Shown: piece by piece, positions 20,601 to 35,400 of the stretch
Position numbering within the stretch: position 1 is the stretch's first letter
Layout of the letters: each line of letters opens with the position of its first letter
NCBI RefSeq assembly: GCF_016433145.1
Contig: NC_058131.1
Coordinates: 352,830,706 to 352,894,705, forward strand
Origin: Gracilinanus agilis
Lineage: Eukaryota
DNA length: 64,000 nt
Reading direction: 5' to 3'
Translations under genes and position numbers: made by a program
Notes under the pieces: generated by a model
Database searches by the model: none
Told to the model about the DNA's origin: nothing
Seen by the model: only the letters and a program-made list of their open reading frames with translations

Positions 20601-23404
20601 ACATGGCCTCTGGGGCCAGCAGCCTGTGGGAGGGAAGGTCTGAGACACACCCAGGGAGGGACTGGGTGCCTGGGACAAGAGGACCAAGCGGAGCTTCTTG
20701 GCCCAGGGATTTAGGAACAGCAAAAACAGTGCAAGACTTCTGTTTAGGGTTTGAGAAGCTAACAGGAGGCAGTGGCTGACAAGGAGGTTGGCATCCCTGC
20801 CCAGAGAGCCCAGAACAACTCCTTCCGTATTGGCTGGCACAGTCCAGTATCTCTGTTTAACCCTGGAGCCATCTACCTTGACTGCCTGGGGATCTGGGGA
20901 AGACAGCCACCGCCATTCTCTCCCTCCTTCTCCTCAGCGGGCACCCTGGGTGGGGGGAGGCACAGGGCTTTACCTCCTTCCCATCCCTTTTGTAGGAGTG
21001 CCCCTCAGTATTATCATCATAGGTCAGGGCACCATCCAGGATGCTTCCCCGTCCCCTGAGCATCCCTTAAAGTGTTACCTTGTTAACCTAACAACCCTGC
21101 TGTACCCTCACCTCAAATGCCACCCTTCCTAAATGCCCAAGATGCCATCTTGTTGGTCTGCTACCTGCTGTTCATTCCTCTCCTCCCCCTTTGTTATCAG
21201 GAGCTGCCTGCCTGGCAGCCATGCGCACCAGGAGCCCCGGTGCCCCCCACCCACTTCACCATAGCACCAGGAAGGCACCTCCTCCCTCTCCTCTCTCTGG
21301 GCTCCTAGAAGAAAGGCAAGGAAGGGCCCAGGAGAGATGAGAGGTCTGAGAACCCTAACAGCTCACTCTCTTGAACTAACTGCTTTCCTTCCCAGGAAAG
21401 TGGAATACACAACACCTCTCTTGGGTCCAGTATACTCCACTGAGTGACTTATGTCTCTGTCCTGCTCCCCTGAGCCTCCAAGGCTGGGCTGGGCTGGGAT
21501 AAATTCATAAAAATGTGCTGTCTGCTTAGCATGGGATTGTGTGAAGTTTTGTATGTATATCCCCAGCACCAAAGGCAGTCCCTCAAATGTAGGAGGAGCT
21601 TAAAACATGGCTTATTAGATTGGATTTTATTGGATTGAATCGATGAACAATAGGTTCAGAGGCAAGAGACGGATTTAAATCTGTGTCTGCTACTTACTTT
21701 GTGACCTTGGACAAGTCATCTAAATATTTGAGGGCCTTGGTTTCTTCCTTTGTAGAATGGGAGCATTAGACCCAATGATCTAAGCACAGAGTTGAGTCCC
21801 TGCCCTGCTAATTGTTCCCTGTGTGACCTTAAACTAATCATTCCCCTCAGCTTCGTTGTTGCTGTTTGGTTGTTTTTCAGTCATGTCTGATTCTCTGCGA
21901 TCTCTTTTGGGTCTTGGTAAAAATACTGGAATAGTTTGCCATTTCCTTCTTCAGCTCATTTTACAGATGAGGAAACTGAGGCAAATAGGGTCAAATGATT
22001 TGCCCAGGGTCAGTCACAAAGCCAGTAACTGTCTGAGGTCAGATTTGATCAGAGGAAGATGGATCTTTCTGACTCTGGGTCCAGCACTTTATCTACTGAG
22101 CCACCTAGCTGCAACTTATTCATCTGTAAAATATGGAAATTTGGGAGCAGAGATGAACAATGATAGCTGCAGATGTTTATATAGGACTATGAGGTTTGCA
22201 AAGCTCTTTACACAGGTTAACTCACCTGGTTTCCTTCAGGTGATCTCTAAACTTCCTTCTAGCTCCAGTTGCCATGATTTTACAAACTCAGGGCTACCAA
22301 GACAGAAAAGAATCCTAGAATCTGGAGTCAGAGGGTCTGATTTCATCTGTGATACTTAACTGTGTGACCTCGGTCAAGTTATTTAGTTTCTCCAGGTTTC
22401 AATTTGTAAAAATGAGAGGGCTGGACTAGATGGATTCTCAGGTCCCTTCCAAATCTATAACCATAATTCTTTAAGGACAGCACCTGAGGGATGGGTTGGT
22501 AGGTCATCAGGAGGAAAAAGAGGAGAGTATTTGTATAAGTCTAGGGCAGCCAAGCTAGAGGACCAGAGAGGAGGCAGAAGGGGGTGCTGCCTGGGGTAGG
22601 GTAGAGGGTTGGTACAACTTCTTTTTCTATTCGTAGCTTCACCAGGAGGTGGGTCATAGACACGATGTCCCATTAGCAGGAACATTTCACCATGGCCAGG
22701 TGCCTATTCTTGCATGCTGCCTTCAGCTATCCTCTCTCCTCAATCTGGCCTCATCTCGCTCCAGGCCTCAATTTCTCCATCTGCCAAATGGAGATCAGCA
22801 GGAACAGACAGGACCTGGGAGGTCTGCTCCAACAGAGCCCTGAAGTGATTGGCTTGGGACTAGAACTGGCCTCCTAAGCCACTTTCTTAGCCTCTGTCCT
22901 TTTTACCCCTTAGGGAAGGAAGGCATCTTCTCAGATCTCAGCTTACTCAGTCACTGTTCTTCACACCCCCTATTCCCATACCACCTTTCACCTTGATCCT
23001 ATTGTTTGGTCCCTAACTCAGCCCTGACCAGAAGACATCTTAGCTCCAGAGAGCCTATGGAGAATTATATAGAAGGAAGCAGCTGTGTGTCCCCCCTACT
23101 TCCAGCCCCTTAGAAAGAGAACAGCTTAGTAAGCCCTGTACTGACCCCATCCCTGTGGTTCCAAATCCTTTCTGAGGAGCTACAAGCTTGACTCTAACCT
23201 CTCATCCCTATTGATCTCTCCAAATTCTCTTGATGTGTCCCTTCCTCTTCTAGGTTAGGTGCGGGGAAAACCCTTTGTGTTAGATGTTGTGGGATGGCTC
23301 CCTGAGTGACATGTTTCGGGGGCGGGGAGTGGGGAGGGAGAGATGGAATTGACATGGAGAGTGCTGGAACTATAACCCCAAAAGCTAACTTTATCCTTCC
23401 CCTA

Positions 23405-23435
<31 letters not shown>

Positions 23436-26400
23436 CTTCTTCTTTTTTTTTTTTTTTTTTTAATTTTAAACCCTTAACTTCTGTGTATTGACTTATAGGT
23501 GGAAGAGTGGTAAGGATAGGCAATGGGGGTCAAGTGACTTGCCCAGGGTCACACAGCTGGGAAGTGTCTGAGGCCGGATTTGAACCTAGGACCTCCCGTC
23601 TCTAGGCCTGGCTCTCAATACACTGAGCTACCCAGCTGGCCCCTTTTCCCCTGACTCCTAATCAAATTTGAAGTTCACTAATGAAGCCAACCCCTTTCCC
23701 CACTTCCCAAACAACCATCCAACACTCAGAAGAAGAGAGAACACTCTGGGTTCAGAGAGATTTGTTCCTGCAGAATGTCAGCACCTGGTATAACAGTAGG
23801 GGATGGGAGCTGGCAGCTGGGGCAGTGCCTGGCACATCCAGGCAAGCAGGATGAGCCAAGGAAGCCGCCAAGGACTCCTGTAGCCCACCCGTTGCTTGGG
23901 GGCTTAGGGAAAGAAGAGAGAAGGCTTAAAACCATCCTTGTCCTTGGGAAGGCTATATATATATGCATGGAAATGTTCAAGAACCAAAGGGAAACAGTTT
24001 GTTACTAAAGACTTGGTCAAGATAAAGATTAGAGCTAAAGAATGTCAGAACTGGAAGAGAGGGGCTTTAGAACCCTTAGTGTCCAGGAGTGTGAGGGAGC
24101 CAGTTCTTGAGGCTGGAGAGAGCTAGTTGTTAAATTTTTAGTGAGAACCTTTACATCTCCAAAATTGGCAAGCCCCAAAATCCAGACTTGATTTATGGTT
24201 TTGTTGATTGTCTGGACTTAAGAAAGGGATAGAAACAATGATAATAATGAAAATTAAAAGAAGGCAGCTAGGTGGCTCAGTGGATTGAGAGCCAGGCCCA
24301 GAGATGGGAGGTCCTGGGTTCAAATCTGGCCTCAGACACTTCCTAGCTGTATGACCCTGGGCAAGTCACTTAACCCCCATTGTCTAGCCCTTACTACTCT
24401 TCTGCCTTAGAACCGACACAGTATTGATTCTGAGACAGAAGGTAAGAGTTTTAAATAAAATAATAATAATAAAATAATGGAAATTAAACTTAAAAATGTG
24501 TGCCCATCCCCAGCTCTCACAATAGTTATTAAATATTTACCAGAACACTCCACATGGCCAGCCCCTTTATTTTATAGACGAAGAAAGAGTCCCAAAAGGG
24601 AGCCAGTAGTTTGCCCAAAGCCATACAGTTAGGAAGAGGCATTGCCTTGGACTCCAACACTGCCTCTCCTATGAAGTGCTATGTATGGAAGAGCAGAGGC
24701 CAGAAAATGAGCTTCCTCTGGTCCTACCTCTTTTCTTTTGTTCTTCTACTTTTGGGTGACCCATAGGCAAGTCACTTAACTGCTTTATGCCTCAGTTTCC
24801 TCATCTGTAATAGATGATTTCAAAGGTCCCTTCCAGCTCTAAATCTATGATCTCTGTTCCTGGCCCTCTCTCTGCTGCTCTCATACCCTCCTTCTGTCCT
24901 TGCCTGAGCCCTTGTCTCTGCCCCAGGCCCAGCCCCTGCCCCTAGGCCCTGTGTCTCCCACTGCTCCTGGCTTTCACCTTCAGATGTGAAGGGGAAAGGA
25001 TGTTAAGTCCCCTCCCCAATAGAGTAAGGGTGGGGTGAGGTACTGGCCTTCAAGGCTCATCAGGGAGTCAACTTGGTCCTTAGTTTTAGGGGTCAAGCAA
25101 TCAGGCCATTTGAGCAAACAGGAGCTCCAGTAGAAGGAAACTAATCTTCCACTAAAGAAAATTAAGCAATGGGTGTTAAGCCTCCTCCAGGGTCCTTTAG
25201 TTTGGGGGAAGGATTAGAGAAGGAACTGGGGACCCAGAAGGTGTGAAGGTAGCCCTCAGAGAGGGGTGGGGTGACTTCTTGACATGGGTGGGGCCCTCCT
25301 CTACTTCAGAGTATCCTCTTACAAAGTGAGGAAGACCTCTTTTAACAATTCTCTCTCTGGGCAGCTGGGTGGTTTAGCCTTAGGAGATGGGAGGTCCTAG
25401 GTTCAAATCTGTCCTCAGATACTTCCTACCTCTGTGACCCTGGACAAGTCACTTACCCCCAAAAGTCCAGCTCTTACTGTTGTTTTGCCTTGGTATAGAT
25501 GCTAAGACAGAAGGTAAGGGTTAAAAAAAATTCTCCAACGCAGTTACCCCTTCCTATATACATATACTTTGGAACTCCCTGCCTGGGTTCTGGGTAGCTC
25601 TGGTTAACCCCTTTGAAGCCACAGTTCCTCAAAACCACCGTGTAGCCCCAGCTCAAAGGGAAGCTACCTTATCACAAGAAGTCTCTCTACCCCAAAACAA
25701 CCCTGCCAAAATGGGCCCCACTTCCTTTCCTGTCCCCACTGTGCCATACTTTATGCCTTGTATAGACCACACAGTTCTCACAAGCTGTACACACCTTGAG
25801 GACGCTGCATGCGTGGCCCGTGCCCTCTGGGCATCTACGTGCTACACAAGGAGGGGATGCTGCCTAACACGTCCTGCACCCAGAGAGTGCCCAGCACAGA
25901 CAGACGTACTCTACACCTCTCTGCACAGCACAACCCACACACAATGCACTAAACACCTTAAACACGAGGCACGACCCACATATACCTCATCCTCCATGAC
26001 TGCTGCTCACCCCGGTTATACTCTCTCAGCAACTGTGTAATCTGGATAATCTGTGTACAATACACCACTCTCAAAAGTTGTACATGTTGGGGCAGCTGGG
26101 TGGTTCAGAGGATTGAGAGCTAGGCCCAGAGATGGGAGGTCCTGGGTTCAAATGTGGCCTCAGGTACTTCCTAGCTGTATGACCCTGGGCAAGTCACTTA
26201 CCCCATTGTCTAACCCTTTCCACTCTTCTATTTTCTTGGAACAAATGCACAGTAGTGATTCCAAGATGGAAGGTGAGGGTTTAAAAAAAAAAGAGTCATA
26301 CATGTCATATACAATGCCCCTCTACCCCAAGCTCCACTGTTTATACTCTATGTCTTATATACATTGATGTCAAGATCAATCACTGCGTCCTGGGCCGTCC

Positions 26401-29400
26401 CAGGCCTGCCTTTCATCTTTCCACTAGACTTTGATGAATCTGGAAGAGAGAGTGAGGCTGATGACTTTGCCCAACTCTGCCTCACTGAAATCCAATTCAT
26501 AATAAGTCAAGCTATCACCGGTGATGTCATTGGCCCTCTTCAAAAACAAAGGATGAAAAATAACATACATTAGAGCAATTTGACAGCGCAGTGGATAGAG
26601 CATTAGTCCTGTAGTCAGAGGGACCTTCCAAAGGACCACCTAATAGTCCAGGGATGAACTCCACACATTCCACCCATTCTTGGTGACTTATTCTGCACCT
26701 GCCATCCACGAATTTTACTAAATCTTTCTTGAACTTATCTCTTTTTTTCTTGCTGTATCATATTGGTGTGATAATAAGTTGAATGAGTTTACTGCCAGGT
26801 AAACCAGAGCAGACTTTTATTTTTCACTCAGGTTTCAGGGGGTAAGTGGGAGGAGTACAGGCAGGACACCCTAGTGACTTGGATTTGCTCTAAGCAGTTT
26901 GTAATCTTTCACCTTTGACACAGAGTCAATGTGGTCTGGAAGAAGGATCTCTAGATTTGGAATCAGAGGACTGAGGTTTGTGTCCTCGTTCTGTCACTTA
27001 CATTTATTGGGCAACATTGGGCAACTTGGGCTGTAGCTAGATGTCTCAGTGAATTGAGAGTCAGGCCTAGAAACGGGAGGTCCTGGATTTAAATCTGGCC
27101 TCAGACACTTCCTAGCTGTGTGACCCTGGGCAAGTCACTTGACCCCCATTGCCTAGCCCTTCCCACTCTTCTGCCTTGGAACCAATATACAGTATTGATT
27201 CCAAGATGGAAGGTAAAGGTTTTATAAACAAAAACAAAACATTGGGCAACTAACTTCTTTTCTCTGGGTCTCCTTTTCTTTATTAGTAAAATGACCATCA
27301 CTTGACCCTACCATCCTTTCCAGCTATTTTCCCATGTGCCCTCTCTCTTTCACAAACTCCTAAAAAAGCTGCTTCTAATATTTTTCCAATTCCTCTTTCA
27401 TCACTGACTTCTTGATCCTTTGCAATCTCTCTTCTAACCTCATTACTTAACTGAAAGTATTCTCTCCAAAGTTATTAAAGTTAAAATTCACTGACCCTTT
27501 CTCAATCCTCCTCTTTCTTGATCTTTGTAGTGTTTGAAACTGTTGATTCTCATTTCCTGGAAACACTCTCCTCTCTGGGTTTTTATGACCTTACTCCCTC
27601 TTTCCTGGTTCTCTTCCTCCCTGTCTAACTGCTCTTAGACCCTGTGCAAGATCATCATCAATGTCCTGACTCCTAACTGTGGGTGTACCCCAAGGTTCTG
27701 TCCACATACTTCTTCTTTCTATACTTTCTTATAGAACCACCTCATCAGCTCTCATTAAAAGGCATTTAGGTGCAGTATGTAGAGCACTAGGCCTGAGTTC
27801 CAATCTGATCTCAGATATTTACTAGCTGTGTGACCTTGGGCAAGTCACTCATCTCTACTGGCTTCAGTTTCCTCAGTTGTAAAGTGGAAGTAATCCCATT
27901 GGACATCACAAATTGATATCTATGGTAGACATTTCAAACTTGACATGTCCCAAACAGAACTTGTTATCTTTCCCTCCAATCCTATCCGTCTATCTGTATA
28001 CTTTCCTATTTCTATGGAATGTACCATTATCCTTATAGTAACTATCCAAGACTGCAACCTTGGCATTATCTTCCACTCCTCCCTTTCCTTTCTCCACATA
28101 TCCAGTCATTTGCCAAGTCTTGTTGATTCTAACTTTCCAACATCTCTTCCAGCTCTCTTCCCCTCTCTACTTCCATGGTCACCTACCTAGGTCATGCCTT
28201 TATCACCTCTAGTCTGCAAACCTGAAATAACTTCTTATTGGGCCTCCCCGGCTCAAGCTTTTTACCTCTCCAATCCATCCTCCCAAGGGAAGTCAAAATG
28301 ACATTCCCCAAACATAGGTCTGACCACATCACTCTCCTTGCTCAGTTAGTTCCAGTGGCTTCCTGTTGTCTGTAGTATCAGATGTAAACTTCTCTATTTT
28401 TCATTTAGACATCTCCATTTACCTCCTCTCCTTCCAGGTTTATTACACGTTACTCTCCTTTACACGTTCTTTGGGCCTATCCTCACCTTTCACTTAACAA
28501 ATTCCATCTCCCTTCTTCTATGCCTTGGTCCTGGCTGTCCCCCATTTTTTCCTCCTTTTTTCTTTTCTAAACCCTCACCTTCTGTCTTGGAATTTTTACA
28601 AGTATCATTTCCAAGGTGGAAGGTAAGAACTAGGCAGTGGAAGTTAAGTGACCTGCCCAGGTTCAGACAGCTAGGAAGTGTCTGAGGCCAGATTTGAACC
28701 CAGGACCTCCCAACTCCAGACCCAGCTCTCTAGCCACTGTGCTACTTACCTGATCTCCAGAAACATTTCCTAATCCCTCTTAATTCTAGTGTCTTCCCTT
28801 TGTTGATCACTTCCAATTTATCCATTATGTAGCTTGTTTGTACATAGTTTTTTGCATGTCACCTCTCCCAGTAGAATGTGAGCTTTTTGAGAGAAGGGAC
28901 TGTGTTTTGCCTTTCTTTGGGTCCCCAGTGTTTAGCACAGTGCCCAGCATATAGTGGGTGTTCCATAAAAACCATCGCCTAACTGCTTCAATAATGCTTA
29001 TTAATCAATTGCTGCTTAAAATGCAGAGATTAGACAAGATGATCTTATGTTAGGTTCTTTCTAACACTGACATTCTGTGATTTCCTTCATGATTTTCTAG
29101 ATCTTCTCTGGCCCTCCCAGCATCCATCTTTCCAAAGTGAAGAGACTTTATCTCTTCAGGTCATCCTCACACAACCATGAATGTCAGTGGCATCTAAAAC
29201 CAAACTTATTACTTAAGAAACAGTTTCCTAGAGATAGTCACAGACTCAGTGACAGGCTCACAGACACAGGCTCAAGGTGATGGTCCTGGCATCAGGCCCT
29301 GGTCCACAGAAACAGCCCCACAATCAAAGTTCTCCAGTGACCAACACCCGCATCATTTAGGGGTGAGGCTGTGATTCCTTCAGAGTTCAGGGTCACTACT

Positions 29401-32400
29401 TCTTTTTCTAAGCACATCAGAGCTTCCCTGTGTGTCCCAACTATCAGTGACATTTATCCCTAACTAGATGCTAAAACTCCAAGGATGCTGAAAGGGTCAC
29501 AAGGTCATAGAATTGAAACTGGAGAAGATGCTGAAAATCATCTATCCCAACTGGCTCACTTTATAAAATGAGGAAACTGAAGCACAGAGATCAAATGGGT
29601 TGTCTAAGATTCCATGGATAGTAAATAACAGAGCTGAGATTAGAACCAGGCCCTCTGACTCTTTCCATTGCCTCAACCACATAAGGTAGAATGATGCCAA
29701 GATAGAACGGGCACTGGCATTTTCCTGGGTCAGACAACAAGGGAGTCTATGAGCATCACTAGGGAGATATGCTGCATATGGAAGTGAGGTGAGGATGGGG
29801 GAGGAGAGTCCTGGGGCCACAAACTTCCAACCCCAATGACTCCAATTCTTCCTTCCCCTTTCTCTTCATACACATTTCTCCTCCCACTGGGCAAGGCAGA
29901 GTGAGGTCCCTTCAGCCCTCACTTCCCCTGCAACAGGAAGGCCTTAGGAGGCAGCCCCTGAGCTTTAGGAAACATAGGGCCAGATATACTGTTGGGAAGG
30001 CATCTCTAAGGGAAGATGCCTCTGGAAGTTTAAAGTCAGTGAAACGCTGGACTTGAAAATTCATGATGTGGGGGCGGCTGGGTAGCTCAGTGGATTGAGA
30101 GCCAGACCTAGAGACCGGAGGTCCTAGGTTCAAACCTGATCTCAGACACTTCCCAGCTGTGTGTCCCTGGGCAAGTCACTTGACCCCCATTGCCTAGCCC
30201 TTACCACTCTTCTGCCTTGGAGCCAATACACAGTATTGATTCCAAGACGGAAGGTAAGGGTTTAAAAAAAAATTCATGATGTTCTTTCTACCATCTTTGT
30301 GCCCATTCCTCCTTCCTACCAACCTGCCTTACTATCTTCCACTTTCCTTATCTATACCTTATTCCAATTTTCATCCAATTCAATTTGACAAATATTTATT
30401 ACCTTCCATGTAAAAGTCACTATAGTGAAGGAAGGTGGCATAGTGGATAGAGTACCAGGGCTGGAGGCAGGAAGATCTGAGTTCAAATCCGATCTCAAAC
30501 ACTTATCTTATCTGTATGATCCTGGGCAAGTCACTTAACCAGTTTGCCTCAGTTTCCTCATCTGTAAAATGAGCTTGGGAAGAGATGACAAACCACTCTA
30601 GCATCTTTGCCAAGAAAACCCCAAATGAGATCATGAGTCAAAAATGACTGAAACGACTGAACAACAACTCCCTCCTACCCACCTGCATTACTACCTTCTA
30701 CTCTCCTTATCTCTACCTTATTCCACTTTTCATCCAATTTAATTTGACAAACATTAATTACCTGCTATGTATATGTTACTAGGGTAGCAGTACTCTCTAT
30801 CCTTGTGTCTATCCTCATTCCCAGCCTTTCCCAGCCCACCTTCGTGTTTACCCCCAACCCTGTCCTTCATCTCCATACTCATTCTCAACCTTCTCCATCT
30901 CTATACTTATCCCTAATCCATTTCCCCTAACATTATCATCTTTGTACCCATCTCCAATCCATCCCTATCCCTTTCTCTAATCTAGTCCCAGTCCTATCAA
31001 TTTGGAAGTCTTTAAATTTCAGCTGTGAAGTGCATTGGGCTAGGCACTGTGCATGGGAGGAGGGGAAAGACTGTCATTGATCTCATAGAGCATTCAGTCC
31101 AGGAGGGGATGAGAAGAAGAGGGGCACATACAAAAATAACTGAGAATATTAGGCTGCATCTTTGTGCTCTCTGAGAACTCCTGACAGTCCGTACTTTAGG
31201 CCTTGAGAGGAGGGAGAGGACACAACTTGGCCTGGCTAAGTAGCCTAGAAAGGCTTTGTGAAGAAGGCAGGCAGATCCGGTGCCTAGAAGCATTTGGTTA
31301 GGGAGGAGGAAGGATATTCTGGGTCAGGAGAAGAGGACAGAGAAGTAGACAGTGAGTCATGTAGTTTGGTGGGATTTGCATAATGGAAAAGTGAGAGGAG
31401 GACCAAAGGGAGGTTGCAGGACTGATTATGGAGGGTCTTGAACGCCAGTGCTGCTAAGTAATGTAGACTTATTCTTTGGGCCACAGGAAGTTAGTAAAGG
31501 ATTTTAAACAGGGGTATGACATTAATGTCACGCTTTAGAGTCATGCTTTAGAAAGATAAGGCTGGCAGCATACATATAGATTGGACAGGGGAGACTAGAA
31601 ACAGAAAACCCAGGAGGTTTGGGCAATTAGTCGTGGATGGCAGGAAGCCATGGGGGATCTAAACAATAGATTTGAGAAACTGTTCAAAAGGAGAATCCTT
31701 AAGTCTTTGCTCCTGAGTTTGGGGGGGGGGTTTAGAGGGAAAGGGAAGATCCCAAAGCTACTTCTAGATTTTGACCCTGGATAACTAAGAAGATTATGTC
31801 ATGAACAGAAATTAGGGGACCAGGAATTGGGGAGAATGATGGAGGGGAAATGTGGCATAATAAATAGAAACAGCCTTGGAATCAGGAAGACCCAAGTTCA
31901 ATCCTACCCCTGCCCCTTCTTGTCTATAGGATCTCTGACAAGATACTTAACCTCTCAGTGCCCCAAGCCAGCAAGGTAGTGCAGTGGTTAGGGTAGCAGG
32001 CCGGGAGTCAGGAAGACCTGAGTTGAAATCCCAGCCTCAGATGCTTGTTAGCTGTGTGACCCTGGGCAAGCCACAGAACCTGTGTCTACCTCAGTTTCCT
32101 GAGGGTAACTGGGAGCAATAAGAACATCTACCCCACACAGTTATTGTGAGGATAAACTTAGATCAGATTTGTTAAGTATAGTATCTGGAATATAGTAGGT
32201 TCTAGATGAATGTTTATTTCCTTCGCTTTCCCCAAGCTACTACTTTCTAAGTCCATGCTTCCTACCAGATGCTAGTCTGCATTGGTAGAGGGAGGTTCCT
32301 CATCTAGGTTTTCTATAACAATGTAATCACAGCCTGTGATTTAAAAAATGAAAATTAAACCAACAAAAAACCTGCCCCAAGATGCTTTAATGTTTACGAA

Positions 32401-35400
32401 GCACTTTCCTCACGACTACCCTGGGAGATGAGTGCTTCCTGCCATATCCTCCTAAATATCATTTAAGAGCGCTTTTATTACCATTTGACAAAGTAAACTG
32501 AGGCTTAGAAGGTTATATGAGGAGCAGCTAGGTGCTTCCGTGGATGGACCCAGGTCTGAAGTTGAGAGGTCCCAGGTTCAAATCTGGCTTCAAACACTTC
32601 ATAGCTGTGTGACCCTGGGCAAGTCACTTAACCCCAATTGCCTGACCCTTTTCTGCCTTGGAACTGATATGAGCAATGCTAATTGAGTCTTGTCCAAAGA
32701 ACTGATTAACACTAACTCCATGGCAAGGAAACAAGCTTCATTATGAGAGAAGATAGTAATAGTGTGCCTTTGACATAACCTTCTGAGCCTCAGCTTTCTC
32801 CTTCACTAAATGATAATAAAAATACTCTTAAATGATATTTAGGAGATGTGGCGCTTATCTCCCAGGGTAGTTATAAGGAAAGTACTTTGTAAACATTAAA
32901 GCAACTTGGGGCAGCTAAATGGCTCAGCAGACAGAGAGCCAGGCCTGGAGTTGGAAGTCCTGGGTTCAAATCTGCTCTCATAAACTTCTTGGCTGTGTGA
33001 CTTTGGGCAAGTCACTTAACCCTAATTACCTAGAATTGATTTTAAGACAGAAGGTAAGAATTTAAAAGAAGAAGAAGAAGGTTATGTGGCTTGCTTAGGG
33101 TCACAAGGCTTTAGTAAGGGTCAGACCTGAGATTCTCTGCTTCCCATCAAGTACTCTTTTGTTCATACCAACATGGTTACAGACATGTTAGGCTGAATGT
33201 GCTGGAGTTGGGGGACATCCATTCAGGTGGAGAGATCTAGTTGGAAGTTGGAATTTTGGGACTGGAGTTCAGTAGAAGAGTTGGAGTTAGAGCAAAAGAT
33301 CTGCATATGGAGATTTTGGACAATTGATGTCCAAAAGTCAGAGGAAAGGAGAGATGGCAGAAAGTCAGAGGAGAACCCACACTTAGAGCTCAGGAAGAAT
33401 GGAAGCCAGTGAATGAGACACTAGAATGGTCAGAGAGATAGGAGAAGAGCCAAAATAATTGTAATGCTGGGACTCCCAAACCTTTGGCAGAAAGGAGCTA
33501 CTTCTATTAAACAAAAGTCTTGAATCTTGTGAGCAGAGTGGGGACAGAAGAGGTTAATGGGAGGCAACAATAGTCAGATTTGGGATTAAGGGAGGGCCGG
33601 AACAAGAGATAATTGCTATTGGATTTTGGACTTTTCTAATAGGATGTAGATGTGGCTGAGAAAAGTCACTATGGATGGGAATGCTATCCTGAAATCCACC
33701 TAGTTTGGCTCCCATTCAAGAATTTGGACACTGGACAGCTGGACGGCTCAGTGGCCAGGAAGTCAGGCTAAGAGATGAGAAGTCCTTGGGTCCTGGGCAA
33801 GTCATTTAACCCCAGTTGCCTAGCTCTTACCACTCTTCTGCCTTGGAACTGATAATTTGTACCAGTTCTAAGACAGAATTTAAGGGTTAAAAAAAAAAAA
33901 AGATTTGTGGGACTCCCAGAACTCAAATGTGGCCAGAGACAGGATAAAATTCTATGTGTGGAATGAATATCAACGCCAGATATTACATACAGGACAAGGA
34001 AGTCAAGCAAGTTCCATATTAATTTCTGTCTCTCCCCATCCCATTCCCACTTCTTCCTTCACAAACCAGGCACTCAGTGGTTTTGTACCTTGGGTATACT
34101 GTCTAACTTGAGGTTCTGGAAGTGGGGGCAAGATCGACCCATCTCCTCTAGCCTGGGCCATTCTCTAGCCTCTTCCTTCTTCTCTCTTGCAGGTCCTGGC
34201 TGTCTCTGATGGAGGTGAGTGGGGGGAAGGGGCCTAGCCTGGATCCTGGCTAAAGGATTAAGAGAAGTGCCTCAGATTTCATGTTCGGGTGAGGGAGGAA
34301 AGAAAAGCCTACCTTGTGTATGGCTCTCCTTCAAGAACACTGAGTGTATTTATGTATAGAATTAGGGGCATGGCTGAAGGGGAAATTAAAGGTCTGACAG
34401 TGGGTGGGGAATAATAAATGTTTATTGAATGAACGAATACATATATGATGAGGGGGCTTCCTGTTCTCTTCTCCCTTTTTCCCACTTCCTCCCAGAGCTG
34501 AGCAGTGTGGTGGGACCAGAGGGAGCTGGGGAGGGCCGGGGAAGCACCCTCAGTGTCCACAGCCTGCCCAGTGGCCCCAGCAGTCCCTTCACCCCAGAGG
34601 AGCAGCCTGTAGCCAGCTGGGCACTGTCTTTTGAGAGGCTGCTTCAGGATCCACTGGGTCTTGCCTACTTCACGGTGAGTGTGGGAACTGAGACAAGCAA
34701 GGAGGGGTGTTTGGCAATGCTGGCTGATTCTCTATCACTGTTTACCTCTCTGTTTCTTTGTCTTGGACCCTATCTCTGTTCCTAGGAGTTCTTGAAGAAG
34801 GAATTCAGTGCAGAAAATTTGTCTTTCTGGAAAGCTTGTGAGCAATTCCAGCAGATCCCTGCCAGTGACACACAACAGGTTGGAAGCTGGGGGGGCCTTG
34901 TGGGATAGGAGTGATGAGCATGGAGGAAGAAGGGCAGAGTGAAGGATGGGGGTGGGGAGGGGAGGATGGAGATGCAAGGCTGAGAGGTTGCTCCTGGTAA
35001 CAGCTCTGACACCTCCACTCTCCCCCCTCTCCAGTTGGCTCGGGAAGCTCGATGCATCTATGAGGAGTTCTTGTCTAGTCAGGCTCTGAGCCCTGTAAAC
35101 ATTGATCGGCAGGCCTGGCTTGGGGAGGAGGTGCTGGCCACCCCCAACCCTGACATGTTCCGGGTCCAGCAGCTACAGGTATGGCCCTAAGGAGAGACCT
35201 GGGTATGGGGAAGGCTGATGGCCGTCTCCCCTTCCTCTTTTTCTTCCATCTTCCCTCACTTCCTTTTCCCTAATCAACTTTGTGATCCTGAGCAAGAAAG
35301 CTCTCTTTTGGGGGATTTTTGTTTCCCTTTTTGTAACATGAAGGGTTGGACTAGAGCAGGGGTTCTTTTTTTTTTTTTAACCCTTACCTTCTACCTTAAA

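Noticed and set aside
21170-21308. Strong-looking acceptor (ttgttatcag at 21200) in RGS14 intron 1
   Set aside because: No convincing donor, an in-frame stop at 21306 and no homology to RGS14.
34675-35034. RGS14 introns 3 (111 nt) and 4 (156 nt) are 3n
   Set aside because: Both contain in-frame stops, so retention would truncate the protein.
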